Origin: Pyrobaculum sp. | GTDB lineage: Archaea > Thermoproteota > Thermoprotei > Thermoproteales > Thermoproteaceae | Assembly: GCA_046293555.1 (NCBI GenBank) | Contig: JBKBOT010000016.1 | Location: 1-34,688 of the forward strand | DNA length: 34,688 bases | Direction of reading: 5' to 3' | Part shown: piece after piece, positions 9,710-20,042 of the stretch | Position numbering within the stretch: position 1 is the stretch's first letter | Layout of the letters: each line of letters begins with the position of its first letter | The notes under the pieces: generated by a model | Told to the model about the DNA's origin: nothing | Databases searched by the model: none | The model's input: only the letters and a program-made list of their open reading frames with translations | Position numbers and translations under genes: made by a program

Positions 9710-10637
9710 GTATCTCCCCAAACTCCTGTAGTGCCAGATATATGGCGAGGTAGGCTGGGAGTGTCCTCACGTCCCCCTCCCTGGCCTCAACCTTCTCGAA
9801 AAGCGCCACCCCCCTTACGGGTTTTTTAAACTTTATCTTGAGGTGGCCTTTCCTAAATGCCACAGCTCTCTCCACGATCTTGTCTATATCTCTCTCGAGG
9901 TCTCTCACGTCGAGAGGAAGCGCCACCAGCCCCGTCTTCCCGTTTAGAGAGCCGGGCATCCTGATGAGGCGGTGGATATCTTGAGTCACCACCTCGTCTA
10001 CCTCAACTCTCATATCTGCGAGATTCTCTACGCCTTTTCTCACACGTATAAGGCTGCCCACAGGCTCTTCCTCATATAGGACGACCTTCTTTCTCCCCAC
10101 CTTTTTTACAAACCTCTGTGGGTCAAACCCCACGGCTTTTAGGAAACTCACCAGCTCTCTCCTCTCTCTCTGCCCTAAGGTCACAACCTCTCTATCTCTC
10201 ACATGGATGTGAAACCCCCTGTTGCCAGAAAACACCACCTTCCACGGCCTTAAGTCTAGCTCTTGTGTCAACACGTCTAGCAGCTTGTTGGCCTCCTCTT
10301 TGGCGTCTTCTAGACATCTGAGAGAGATGGCCTCCTCTCGACAGGCCTCTGTGTCTAGGTGGTCTCCATCTATGTCAAACACTAGGTCTGCCCCAAGCCA
10401 CCCCTTGGACTCCATTTCTCCCCCTTCGGGGTTTTGGTAATATGCCGTAGAGTGGTAGAGATGCCTCGGAGTCTTCTCTACGACAAACCTCCTTAGCTCT
10501 TCTAACGTCCTGAAGGCCTTGTGTCTAGCCATGCCGCCTTTAAAGGGCTGTATGGCGAATTCCCTCCTGTCTATATCCTCAACCTCAAGTTTCGCATAGT
10601 TTCTATAAAAATTTCTAAAGAGTACTTCGACGATCAC
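9702..10637 (-). CDS. priS: DNA primase catalytic small subunit
   Basis: [25 protein letters not shown] and [18 protein letters not shown] motifs. Confidence 0.97.
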   Translation of the reverse strand: MIVEVLFRNFYRNYAKLEVEDIDRREFAIQPFKGGMARHKAFRTLEELRRFVVEKTPRHLYHSTAYYQNPEGGEMESKGWLGADLVFDIDGDHLDTEACREEAISLRCLEDAKEEANKLLDVLTQELDLRPWKVVFSGNRGFHIHVRDREVVTLGQRERRELVSFLKAVGFDPQRFVKKVGRKKVVLYEEEPVGSLIRVRKGVENLADMRVEVDEVVTQDIHRLIRMPGSLNGKTGLVALPLDVRDLERDIDKIVERAVAFRKGHLKIKFKKPVRGVALFEKVEAREGDVRTLPAYLAIYLALQEFGEIHD

Positions 10638-11383
10638 TCCGCCCGTGGGGCTATGTAGTAAGACAGCTTGCCTCCTGCAGGTATGTCGAATGAGAGCAAT
10701 ACGGGCTTTGCCGTCGCCAGCTCGATGGTGGTAATGTCGGCTATCTTGGTGGCCCTCTGCGTTATGTCCAGCAAGTACTCTAGAGAGTATTTGGCGGCCG
10801 CAGGCTCCCTCACGTCGTATTCATAAACAAGCTCGCTGTCTTTCTCCAGCCGTACCTCCACCTCCCCCTTGTCGCTAGTGGCGCTAATCACAAAGGCCTC
10901 CTCACCTGCCTCAAGCTTAACCTCATCCGCAATGGCGTCCGCATCTCTCAACGCGTTTACCAACACGTCGCTAGCTGTTTTCAACATGGCCGTGTAGTTA
11001 ACTCTAGGCGTGGGCAACTCTTCCGACACGATTTCTATCAACGGAAGTGTGACAGACCGCACGGACCTTCCAACTAGCTTAATCCTAACCCTCCCCTCTC
11101 CCAGCTCTATGGCGATCTTATCTCCCTTTTTGACACGGCGGAGGATTTTCTTCACGTCTTTAAAGTTGAGGCCTATCCTAAACTCCTCCACCTCTGGAAA
11201 CTCCTCAAAGGCCTCCTTTGGGATGGCTAGATCCACCATGGCTGTCCTCGAGGCGTCTAGCGCCCTTAGGTACAGCCCGTCGCCCCTCACGACGAACTCC
11301 GCCTCTTCTACCAACACGTTTATGGAGTCTATGATGTATACAAACTCTTTAGCATCTGTATACGTCAACGTGGGTTTAGACAT
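10634..11383 (-). CDS. pcn: DNA polymerase sliding clamp PCNA
   Basis: [21 protein letters not shown] and YYIAPR motifs; 249 aa. Confidence 0.97.
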   Translation of the reverse strand: MSKPTLTYTDAKEFVYIIDSINVLVEEAEFVVRGDGLYLRALDASRTAMVDLAIPKEAFEEFPEVEEFRIGLNFKDVKKILRRVKKGDKIAIELGEGRVRIKLVGRSVRSVTLPLIEIVSEELPTPRVNYTAMLKTASDVLVNALRDADAIADEVKLEAGEEAFVISATSDKGEVEVRLEKDSELVYEYDVREPAAAKYSLEYLLDITQRATKIADITTIELATAKPVLLSFDIPAGGKLSYYIAPRAE

Positions 11384-11424
11384 GTAGATAACGTGGCACA
11401 GTTTTTAAAAAAATTGAGGCCGTA

Positions 11425-11751
11425 TTACTCATATTCGCGCCACGTGTGTCCACAGTTGACACATCTGTAGAACCTAGTGGGGGGCTCGTCGGCAGCTCTA
11501 GTCTGTTGCACCCAGAAGTAGGCCTCGTCGTGTCCACACTTGGGACACCCCCTAGTCTTAACCTTGGGGAGGTTTACAGCATCTATAACTACAACCACGG
11601 CGTTTTTCTGCTCCACCGCGGTTCTGCTCTGGTATCTATCCTTGTGTTGAGCTGCCTCCTCCTCGTAGCCACATTTTGGACATCTTAACACAGTTCTATC
11701 GCCCCTCTTGGCCGGAATTAAGAGGCTTTTGTCGTTAGGGCAAAACCTCAT
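11425..11751 (-). CDS. tfs: Transcript cleavage factor TFS (RpoM family)
   Basis: Starts MRFCPND (ATG 11751). Two Zn ribbons and QTRAADEP with the acidic DE pair intact. Confidence 0.93.
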   Translation of the reverse strand: MRFCPNDKSLLIPAKRGDRTVLRCPKCGYEEEAAQHKDRYQSRTAVEQKNAVVVVIDAVNLPKVKTRGCPKCGHDEAYFWVQQTRAADEPPTRFYRCVNCGHTWREYE

Positions 11752-11820
11752 GGGCCCCCATTGTCTAGAGTGTATATATCCTTTATGGAAAATCTTATAT
11801 AGGGGGGTATTAACAGTGTC

Positions 11821-12294
11821 GTGACGTCTGTCAAAGACGTGCCTGCAGACATATTTATCGCAGAGTTGGCGAAATATATAAAGAACAACGTCCCGCAGGT
11901 TAAGCCGCCCGTGTGGACCCCCTTTGTAAAGACTGGCGCCAATAAGGAGAGGCCTCCAGCCGACCCGGAGTGGTGGTATATAAGGGCGGCATCTCTCATG
12001 AGGAAGCTGTACATACATGGCGCGGCTGGAGTAGAAAGCCTCAGGTCCGCATATAGCTACAGGGCCAAGATAGGCGACAAGATGAGACGTGAGAGGACAA
12101 GAAAGGCCGGGGGGGCGACAATCAGAAAGCTTTTACAACAGCTCGAACAGGCTGGATTTGTCACAAAGACGAAAGCCGGCCGGGTGTTAACTCCAGAGGG
12201 CAGATCCCTTGTGGACAGAATCGCGGCTAAGGTCGCCAGAGATCTCGTCAAGAACAGGCCCGAGTTGGTTAAATACATATCGCCAAAAGAATAG
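11821..12294 (+). CDS. rps19e: 30S ribosomal protein S19e
   Basis: [22 protein letters not shown] and LQQLE.AG motifs. Confidence 0.97.
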   Translation: MTSVKDVPADIFIAELAKYIKNNVPQVKPPVWTPFVKTGANKERPPADPEWWYIRAASLMRKLYIHGAAGVESLRSAYSYRAKIGDKMRRERTRKAGGATIRKLLQQLEQAGFVTKTKAGRVLTPEGRSLVDRIAAKVARDLVKNRPELVKYISPKE

Positions 12295-12296
12295 AG

Positions 12297-12620
12297 ATGG
12301 GAGAAGAGGAGAGAGAGCTGGAAGAACTTAGGAGGAAGAAACTAGAGGAGTTACAAAAGAAGGCTGAGCTAGAGAGACAGGCCCAAATCGCCGCCGCGCA
12401 GAGGAGGGCTGCCCTAAAGAGGATCTTGACGCCAGAGGCTCTAGCCCGTCTAGACAACATAAGGGTAATACGGCCGGATTTAGTAGAGACGTTAGAACAA
12501 CAGCTGATAGCACTGGCCTCATCTGGAAGAGTTAAGCTGCCTATAGACGACGAGACTCTTAAGTCTATCCTAGAGACTGTCTATAGGCAGACCAGGAGGG
12601 AGTATAGGTTTAAACTATAA
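12297..12620 (+). CDS. PDCD5/TFAR19-family DNA-binding protein
   Basis: [22 protein letters not shown] and IDDETLK; conserved position after rps19e. Confidence 0.92.
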   Translation: MGEEERELEELRRKKLEELQKKAELERQAQIAAAQRRAALKRILTPEALARLDNIRVIRPDLVETLEQQLIALASSGRVKLPIDDETLKSILETVYRQTRREYRFKL

Positions 12621-12642
12621 AAACCCCGCCATATCTCCCGCC

Positions 12643-12798
12643 ATGGCTCGAAACAAGCCTCTTGGCAAAAAACTAAGGCTGGCAGCCGCCCTTAAATCTA
12701 ACAGAAACCCCCCAATATGGGTGGTGGCAAAAACCAAGAGGAGAGTCACAAGGTCTCCAGCCAGGAGGTCCTGGCGTAGACAAAAACTCAAGGCCTAG
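12643..12798 (+). CDS. rpl39e: 50S ribosomal protein L39e (absent from the ORF track)
   Basis: Translates to [51 protein letters not shown] (51 aa). Confidence 0.96.
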   Translation: MARNKPLGKKLRLAAALKSNRNPPIWVVAKTKRRVTRSPARRSWRRQKLKA

Positions 12799-13504
12799 AC
12801 TTTATAGCCCTTATAATTTCGCCAAGTTTCTCGGGCTTTTCTTCAGCCAAGGTGCCGGTCACTATGACGTTTGGCCTCTCTCTGGCGATAAGGCTGGCCG
12901 CCTCGCCACTTCTAATCCCGCCGCCCACAATTAAGACCCTGGGGAAGACTTTTCTCACAGCTCTAACGAGTTCTGGCGGTACGTGTTGCGGCGCGCCGCT
13001 GCCGGCCTCTAGGTAGACGGCGGCGAAGCCTATGTAGTGAGCCGCCAGGGCGTATGCAGCGGCGATATCTGGCCGGGAGATGGGCTTGCTCATAGAGATA
13101 AAGCCGGCGGCCCCGCCGTCGCCTATAATTAGATATGCCGTAGAGATGACTTGTAGCTGTGGGAAATGTCTTGCAATTAACACGGCCCCCTGTACCTGCG
13201 CCCCGACGATGTAATATGGGTCTAACGAGTTTAAAACGCTGAGAAACAAGACGCCGTCTGCCTCGCCGGTCAGCTGGGTGAGTGAGCCTGGGAACAACAC
13301 TATCGGCACGTGGGAGATAGACTTGACGTCTTTTACTACTTTCTCCACGTGGGCTTCTCTCACGCCTAGAGACCCCCCAACCAAAATTCCGTCTGTCCCC
13401 ACGTCAAGTGCGTACCTAGCTATCTTCAGGTAGTCTACAGACTTGTCTGGATCTATCAAGGTGAAGTGTTTAGTCCCCCCTACGAGGTACTCATAGAGAT
13501 TCAT
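12788..13504 (-). CDS. Geranylgeranylglyceryl phosphate synthase
   Basis: [32 protein letters not shown] and VTGT motifs. Confidence 0.93.
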   Translation of the reverse strand: MNLYEYLVGGTKHFTLIDPDKSVDYLKIARYALDVGTDGILVGGSLGVREAHVEKVVKDVKSISHVPIVLFPGSLTQLTGEADGVLFLSVLNSLDPYYIVGAQVQGAVLIARHFPQLQVISTAYLIIGDGGAAGFISMSKPISRPDIAAAYALAAHYIGFAAVYLEAGSGAPQHVPPELVRAVRKVFPRVLIVGGGIRSGEAASLIARERPNVIVTGTLAEEKPEKLGEIIRAIKSRP

Positions 13505-13764
13505 GTCTCCGAGCTGTCTGTGGGGGGCGTCACCTCGCCCGCCAGGTATAGGTCTATAAAGGCGTTGTAGTAATCTACCCCCATCCAGCCCTTCCTCTCT
13601 TCAAACTCGTGCCTTATGCCACAGCCGCCGCAGATCACCAGGTAGCCTCCTTCTGTCTTCTTTACTGAGACGAGCTGTGCGCCGCAGTGGGGGCAGGTAA
13701 ATATCTTGGGGAGGGCCTTCCTGGGCCTTAGAATTACCTTTCTCCTCCTCTTACGTCTACCCAT
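13501..13764 (-). CDS. elf1: Transcription elongation factor Elf1
   Basis: Basic MGRRKRRR N-terminus, [16 protein letters not shown] and VDYYNAFID. Confidence 0.9.
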   Translation of the reverse strand: MGRRKRRRKVILRPRKALPKIFTCPHCGAQLVSVKKTEGGYLVICGGCGIRHEFEERKGWMGVDYYNAFIDLYLAGEVTPPTDSSET

Positions 13765-13781
13765 GGGGGGTTCTCTGTGGC

Positions 13782-13792
13782 GTTATATAAAC
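13782..13792 (-). promoter_or_regulatory. TATA box of the elf1-GGGPS unit
   Basis: TTTATATAAC on the minus strand about 20-28 nt upstream of ATG 13764, a leaderless-type spacing. Confidence 0.55.
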
Positions 13793-13794
13793 AT

Positions 13795-13850
13795 GATTCA
13801 GCCGTAGCGCCTCCGGTCATCTATCGCCGTAACCCTGACTGCATCACCAG
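13795..13850 (-). ncRNA. Box C/D methylation-guide sRNA; D' guide complementary to 23S helix 69
   Basis: GTGATGC (C, 13847-13841) - AGTCAGGGTTACG - GCGA (D') - TAGATGA (C') - CCGGAGGCGCTACGG - CTGA (D, 13801-13798). Intergenic, with an upstream CTTAAATTT element. Confidence 0.85.
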
Positions 13851-13884
13851 TGAAAAGATATAACACCAAATTTAAGGTATTGCC

Positions 13885-15099
13885 ATGCGTTACCTCACGA
13901 GCCTCAACCCTTTAAATAAGGTGCATGAGGTACTCCCCCTCCTGAAGACTATAGACGAGGTAAACAAGGTGGCCACGTGGGATGCCTCGGGCTACGTGGT
14001 GGCTAGAGACGTCGTGGCTCCACACGACTATCCCCCATTCCCCCGCGCGGCTTACGACGGATATGCGGTAAATTCTCACGACACTCCAGGCAGGTTTAAA
14101 GTAGTGGGCACCGTCCTAGTGGGGCAATACAGGAGGGACCTTGCGCTTAGGCCGGGAGAGACGGTATACGTCACAGTGGGGGCCTTCCTCCCAGAGGGGG
14201 CCGACGCCGTGGTGCCCGAAGAGGCCGCCAGGAGAGAGGGGGAACACGTGGCGGTAGATAGGAAATTTGAAAAATTTGACAACGTGGACCCCCCCGGCTC
14301 GTATGTACGTAAGGGCACCGTGATGTTGAGACAAGGCGCCGTAATTACGCCATTTGACGTAGTTGGGCTTCTCGACGTGGGCATAACTACGGTCTATGTA
14401 TATAGAAAGGTCGCCGTCACTATTGTGGCCACTGGAGACGAGCTAATTACGCCCCCAGTCGACCCGGAGGTAGCCGCGGAGCTTGTACAAAAGGGCATGG
14501 TGATTGAGTCCACAGCCTCGCTAGTGGCTTGGTACATCCAGACATTTATGCCGTATGTGGAGATACGTAGAAAGGTGGTGGTGGGAGATCGACATGAGGA
14601 CGTACGGGCCGTTGTAGACAGCGGCCTTGCGGAAGGCGACGCGGTGATTATCACCGGCGGCGCGGGCCCCAGCGAGATAGATCATTTCTACAAGTTGGGA
14701 TATGTGGGCCTACGTGGATTCCGGATGAAGCCCGGCAGACCTACAAGCGTGGCGGTGGTAAATGGAAAGCCTGTCTTTGGCCTATCTGGATATCCCATAA
14801 GTGCGTTACATGGCGTCATCAGGATAGTAGAGCCGGCGTTACGCCACATGGCCAACGTGACGAGGTCGCCTAGACACGACTGGATATATGCCACAATTAC
14901 GCAAGACGTGCCAGGCGAGTTGGCGCAGGTGGTGAGAGTAAAGCTGTTTACTGCAGATGGTGTGACCTACGCCTCCCCGATAAAGGCAAAACACCACTCA
15001 TTTACAGAGCCTGAGGCACAGGGCATTGCCCTAACGCCGCCTGGCGGCGTTAAAAAAGGCGACGTGGTGCCAGTTTTGGCCTATAGAGAGCCGGCGTAG
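13885..15099 (+). CDS. moeA: Molybdopterin molybdenumtransferase MoeA
   Basis: PPFPRAAYDGYAV, GA.LPEGADAVVPEE, TGDEL, ITGG, MKPGRP and GLSGYPIS motifs. Confidence 0.93.
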   Translation: MRYLTSLNPLNKVHEVLPLLKTIDEVNKVATWDASGYVVARDVVAPHDYPPFPRAAYDGYAVNSHDTPGRFKVVGTVLVGQYRRDLALRPGETVYVTVGAFLPEGADAVVPEEAARREGEHVAVDRKFEKFDNVDPPGSYVRKGTVMLRQGAVITPFDVVGLLDVGITTVYVYRKVAVTIVATGDELITPPVDPEVAAELVQKGMVIESTASLVAWYIQTFMPYVEIRRKVVVGDRHEDVRAVVDSGLAEGDAVIITGGAGPSEIDHFYKLGYVGLRGFRMKPGRPTSVAVVNGKPVFGLSGYPISALHGVIRIVEPALRHMANVTRSPRHDWIYATITQDVPGELAQVVRVKLFTADGVTYASPIKAKHHSFTEPEAQGIALTPPGGVKKGDVVPVLAYREPA

Positions 15100-15755
15100 C
15101 TACACCTAGCCACCTTTATCTCCCCCCGGCTTTTCAAGATGTCTACCGCGTAGAGTATATAGCCAAACCTCTTCTCTACATACTCCCTGCCGAACCACTC
15201 GAGGTGTGTCTGTATGAGCTCGTCTAGACACCACACCCTTCTGCCCACATCTTTTACAATCTTCTGTATGAACCCCACTGCGTCCTCCACGGCGTTCCAG
15301 GGGTATGCAAACCACACCCACTCTCTGACCTCAATTGCGTAAAAATCTGGAAAGAACTTTGCCACACTTGTGATCACCTGTAGCGCAGCCGTTTTTACCT
15401 CCTCCGGCTTGCAGCACTCCTCCACGGCTTTTTTAGCCAACTCGACGCTGTCGCCCGTATCTATAATGTCGTCTACAATTAACACCTTTTTCCCCGTGAG
15501 GTCTGCCCCCAGGGGGTACTTCACATATGCCTTCTCCGCCACCTGCGCCGCCGACGGCCAGTGTACCACCTGTAAGCTCACCAAGTCGCCTACCCCCAGC
15601 CAGTCGCAGAGAAGTCTTGCCGGCACGTAGCCGCCTCTGGCTATTGCCACAACCACGTCTGGCTGCCACCCGCTTTCCCTAATTTTTTCTGCCAGCTTTC
15701 TACTCCACTCCACAATTTCGTCAAAAGTCACCACCTTGACAGGTATCTTCGGCAC
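15081..15755 (-). CDS. Type I phosphoribosyltransferase (purine PRT-like)
   Basis: AIARGG, PRPP-binding VLIVDDIIDTGDS and WFAYPW. Confidence 0.9.
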   Translation of the reverse strand: MPKIPVKVVTFDEIVEWSRKLAEKIRESGWQPDVVVAIARGGYVPARLLCDWLGVGDLVSLQVVHWPSAAQVAEKAYVKYPLGADLTGKKVLIVDDIIDTGDSVELAKKAVEECCKPEEVKTAALQVITSVAKFFPDFYAIEVREWVWFAYPWNAVEDAVGFIQKIVKDVGRRVWCLDELIQTHLEWFGREYVEKRFGYILYAVDILKSRGEIKVARCSYAGSL

Positions 15756-15841
15756 ATTGTCTTAAAATTAAGTGTTTATATGTATTGGCCCTGAGAGGCC
15801 AAGAGGGGTGGCGGCTGGCATTTAACCACGTTGTTAAAAGT

Positions 15842-15894
15842 TAGTCGGCGTTCAAATCCCCGCTCACCTGTCGCCACCTCCCTCTCGTCACCGT
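15842..15894 (-). ncRNA. Box C/D sRNA predicted to guide tRNA Cm56
   Basis: GTGACGA (C, 15891-15885) - GAGGGAGGTG - GCGA (D') - CAG - GTGAGCG (C') - GGGATTTGAACG - CCGA (D, 15848-15845). The D guide is complementary to the tRNA T-arm GTTCAAATCCC, and the +5 nucleotide pairs with C56. Confidence 0.88.
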
Positions 15895-15911
15895 CTCGTA
15901 CGTGGGCTGGC

Positions 15912-16289
15912 TTAAAAACTTTTTAGCCAGGTCAGTGTAGACAAGTCTAAAGGCTTCCCCCTTTTTAACAACGAAACCATGTTCCACATAATGACGCCAA
16001 TTATGATATGTCGACAAGTCTTGCCGCCTAGGGTGTTCCCCTCGCAGGTACATTTCGCCCCGTATTGCCCCACGGCTACGTAATACCACACGCCGTCTCT
16101 CTTCGTAGACCTAACTGCCAGCCGGACGCCGGCTATCTCTCCCTCTCTTTCTATCACCTCTACGATCTTCACGGTGTTGGGAGAGACGTAGAGGTAGAGG
16201 TCAAGTATCTTCTCTATTCTAACCCCCAGCGTCTTAGATAGGGAAATGAGGAAGGCCTTTATCTTCTCGTCAAGAGGAAAGTGCTGCAT
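15912..16289 (-). CDS. SWIM zinc-finger domain protein
   Basis: KCTC...CRH (CxC-xn-CxH) preceded by beta-strands containing W/Y. Confidence 0.8.
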   Translation of the reverse strand: MQHFPLDEKIKAFLISLSKTLGVRIEKILDLYLYVSPNTVKIVEVIEREGEIAGVRLAVRSTKRDGVWYYVAVGQYGAKCTCEGNTLGGKTCRHIIIGVIMWNMVSLLKRGKPLDLSTLTWLKSF

Positions 16290-17022
16290 CTACAAAATCC
16301 TTGTCTCCAGCAATTATAGACACTCGTGACGTCATGGCCTCCCCGCCGTAGAGCACATACTTAAAGTCGGGAATATATCTGCCGAAAGTCAACGCCCCTG
16401 CGACATCTAGAATTCTTAACTTACCCCGTAGATCTATAAACCCAAGCGCCTTTCCCTCTGCGGTATATATAAGCTCCGCCGCTGAGCTGCCCAAGCTCCT
16501 CCCCCTAAGCCCCATCTTCCGTATGACCTCACACGTCTTTTCGGGAAAGTTGTTACTAATTGCGGCAAACACTATGTTGCTCCTCCCCCGCCTTATCTCT
16601 ACCCCATTTTTCCTAGCGCCTTGTGTGGGACTTGCGGTATATATATCTCCCGTGGGGGGTATGGCCACCACGGCGTATTCCAGATCTGAAAGAGTGCCCT
16701 CTTTATACCTCCCGGCGGCTAGCGATATGGAGAAAAAGGGTATCCCCACCGCGTAGTTATGCGAGCCGTCTAGAGGGTCTAGCACAAATATATAACGGCC
16801 GTCCCCCCATCTGTATACACCCCGCTCTTCTGTATACAAGACGCCGCCTTCTTTAAAACTCTCTCTTAACATCCGATATGCTATCTCCTCGGCGGCTAGA
16901 TCCACCCCTCTCGTCACGTCGTCCTCCTTTATGGCCACCACCTCTACGCCCCTGCCGGCGTTAAAGCTATCGAGGACATATTGAGACAGCCTGGCGGCCA
17001 CTGTTTCTAACACTTGTAGCAC
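16270..17022 (-). CDS. suhB: Inositol monophosphatase / fructose-1,6-bisphosphatase family protein
   Basis: D.AAE, TEE, LDPLDGSHN, GSSAAE and DVAG motifs. Confidence 0.9.
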   Translation of the reverse strand: MLQVLETVAARLSQYVLDSFNAGRGVEVVAIKEDDVTRGVDLAAEEIAYRMLRESFKEGGVLYTEERGVYRWGDGRYIFVLDPLDGSHNYAVGIPFFSISLAAGRYKEGTLSDLEYAVVAIPPTGDIYTASPTQGARKNGVEIRRGRSNIVFAAISNNFPEKTCEVIRKMGLRGRSLGSSAAELIYTAEGKALGFIDLRGKLRILDVAGALTFGRYIPDFKYVLYGGEAMTSRVSIIAGDKDFVDAALSS

Positions 17023-17049
17023 GCCACTGGGAGCTGGGCTATTTATATA

Positions 17050-17487
17050 TTATCCCCGGGGCGGCGGCCACGTCGAGCTGCAACACGCGGGGAGGACCTC
17101 GACGAGGAGTTTCAATATGTAGTTCTCCAATATCCCCCTCGCGCGTTTCACCAGACGTTCCGGGTCGCCCCTCTCTTTAGCCATGGGGGGCACCACGTAG
17201 GCCCTCCGTTGGATTACCACAGAGCCGCCAATACTGAGGTTAAGCAACCCGGCGTTAAAAAGCTCCCCCAATATGCAGGCCAGGCAGTGATACATGTGGC
17301 GGGGGATATATATCGCCACGTCGTCTATAGAAAACTCCACACAGTCTCTACAGCTGCCCCCCTCTCTACACCTCATGGCGTATACCGCCCCGCTTTCTAC
17401 AACAGCTACATGAAAGTCCCCAATAGATGTGGTACAGACCACTCCCCGCGTCTCGACTAGAAAAGTAGACTGCAAGATTTCCAACAC
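17050..17487 (-). CDS. Cys-rich hypothetical protein
   Basis: 145-aa ORF filling the gap between suhB and tRNA-Val, with an AT-rich element upstream. No family recognised. Confidence 0.6.
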   Translation of the reverse strand: MLEILQSTFLVETRGVVCTTSIGDFHVAVVESGAVYAMRCREGGSCRDCVEFSIDDVAIYIPRHMYHCLACILGELFNAGLLNLSIGGSVVIQRRAYVVPPMAKERGDPERLVKRARGILENYILKLLVEVLPACCSSTWPPPRG

Positions 17488-17520
17488 GGCTAAACCCCAG
17501 GGGGGGTTAAAATCTATTAA

Positions 17521-17533
17521 AAGTTAAAAACCC
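17521..17533 (+). promoter_or_regulatory. BRE/TATA-like element of tRNA-Val
   Basis: AAGTTAAAAACCC about 20-30 nt upstream of tRNA position 1. Confidence 0.5.
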
Positions 17534-17550
17534 AAGAGTTGTCTACCACA

Positions 17551-18874
<1,324 letters not shown>

Positions 18875-18888
<14 letters not shown>

Positions 18889-19597
18889 ATTTCAGAAAGA
18901 CCTGTCCTATATTCTCGGCGTTGTATCTCCCCATAAGCTCCTTGGGGGTGCCCTCAGCCACCAGCCTGCCCCTATTTAGGAAGGCCACCCTGTCGCATAG
19001 AGACTGCACTTCAAACATGTCGTGACTAGACATCAGGACTGTGGTCTTTTCCTCTCTGGCGTATTTCCTTATGGCCTCCCTTATGTGGGCAGAATGTATC
19101 ACATCTACCCCAGTGGTGGGCTCGTCTAGTATCGCCAGCTTGGGCCTCACGGAGAGGACTCTGGCTGTGAGGAGTCTTCTCAACATCCCCCGGCTGTAGG
19201 TAGAAATCCTGTCTCTCAGCCTATCGCCTAGTTGTGAAATCTCGGCGGCTCTTTTTACCACAGCCTCCTCCGGCTCCTTCCTTGCATAGAGCCTAGCCAT
19301 CAGCTTGAGGTACTCCACGCCGGTGAGGTACCTATAGGCACCCGCCTCTTCTGGCAGGTAGGCTATAATCTCGCGGACCCTGTGGGCGTCTTTAACCACG
19401 TCGTATTGAAACACCTTAACTGTGCCCGAGTCTGGCAACAAGAGCGTCGAGACTATTCTTAACAACGTGGTTTTCCCCGAGCCGTTTGGCCCCACGACGC
19501 AGTAAATCTCCCCCTCGCGTACAGAAAGACTGACGCCATCTAGAGCCACGGTCTCGCCAAATCTCTTACGGAGGCTATCAACCAGAAGTGCAAACAC
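18875..19597 (-). CDS. ABC exporter ATP-binding subunit (NatA-like)
   Basis: Walker A GPNGSGKT, signature YSRGM, Walker B ILDEP and H-loop SSH. Start moved to GTG 19597 because the longer ORF runs through tRNA-Lys. Confidence 0.92.
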
Positions 19598-19645
19598 ATT
19601 CCGCCTACCTACAGCATTTTTAACCTTTTTACAGATGAAGACGCT

Positions 19646-19738
19646 TGGCGGGCCCGGTGGGATTCGAACCCACGACCTACGGGTTAAGAGCCTCGGCGGG
19701 TGGCCCACCGCCGCTCCACCAGGCTGAGCTACGGGCCC
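19646..19738 (-). tRNA. tRNA-Lys(CTT) with a 16-nt intron at site 30/31 (19692-19707); CCA encoded
   Basis: GGGCCCG acceptor stem, D arm GCTC/GAGC, anticodon loop CT-CTT-AA and T arm GTGGG-TTCGAAT-CCCAC. The intron forms a strict BHB (central helix CGGC/GCCG, flanking helices GAG/CTC and GGG/CCC). Confidence 0.95.
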
Positions 19739-19808
19739 CGATGGGGGGTTTGTCTGACTTTAAAAATTTTTGGGGCATTAATTTATATATGTGGACACAT
19801 TGTCTGTA

Positions 19809-20042
19809 ATGGAGCGGAGAAGAGGGCCGCCGCGTAGGCGACGCGGCCCATCTGGGCCAAAGCCGGTAAGGGAGGGAGATGTGATTGAGGTGGAAATCGT
19901 GGAGAAATCTAGAAGGGGGGACGGCGTCGCCAGGGTGGAGGGCTTTGTGGTCTTTGTGCCTGGAGCTGAGGTGGGACAACGGGTGAAGATAGAGATCGAG
20001 AGGGTGGGCAGCTCCTACGCCGTGGGGAGGGTTAAAACTTGA
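19809..20042 (+). CDS. Single TRAM-domain protein (RNA chaperone type)
   Basis: PVREGD...GDGVARVEGFVVFVPGAEVGQRV, with an Arg-rich N-terminal tail. Confidence 0.9.
   Translation: MERRRGPPRRRRGPSGPKPVREGDVIEVEIVEKSRRGDGVARVEGFVVFVPGAEVGQRVKIEIERVGSSYAVGRVKT

Noticed and set aside
11752-12018. N-terminal extension of TFS (197-aa ORF)
   Set aside because: Antisense to rps19e; TFS homology begins at MRFCP.
15845-15863. GTTCAAATCCCCG as a tRNA fragment or attachment site
   Set aside because: No acceptor or anticodon arm and no integrase nearby. It is fully explained as the antisense of a C/D guide flanked by boxes.
15841-16089. 82-aa minus-strand ORF
   Set aside because: It overlaps the SWIM gene out of frame and runs through the C/D sRNA.
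19598-19708. N-terminal extension of the ABC ATPase in the ORF track
   Set aside because: It runs through the tRNA-Lys gene; the real start is probably GTG 19597.
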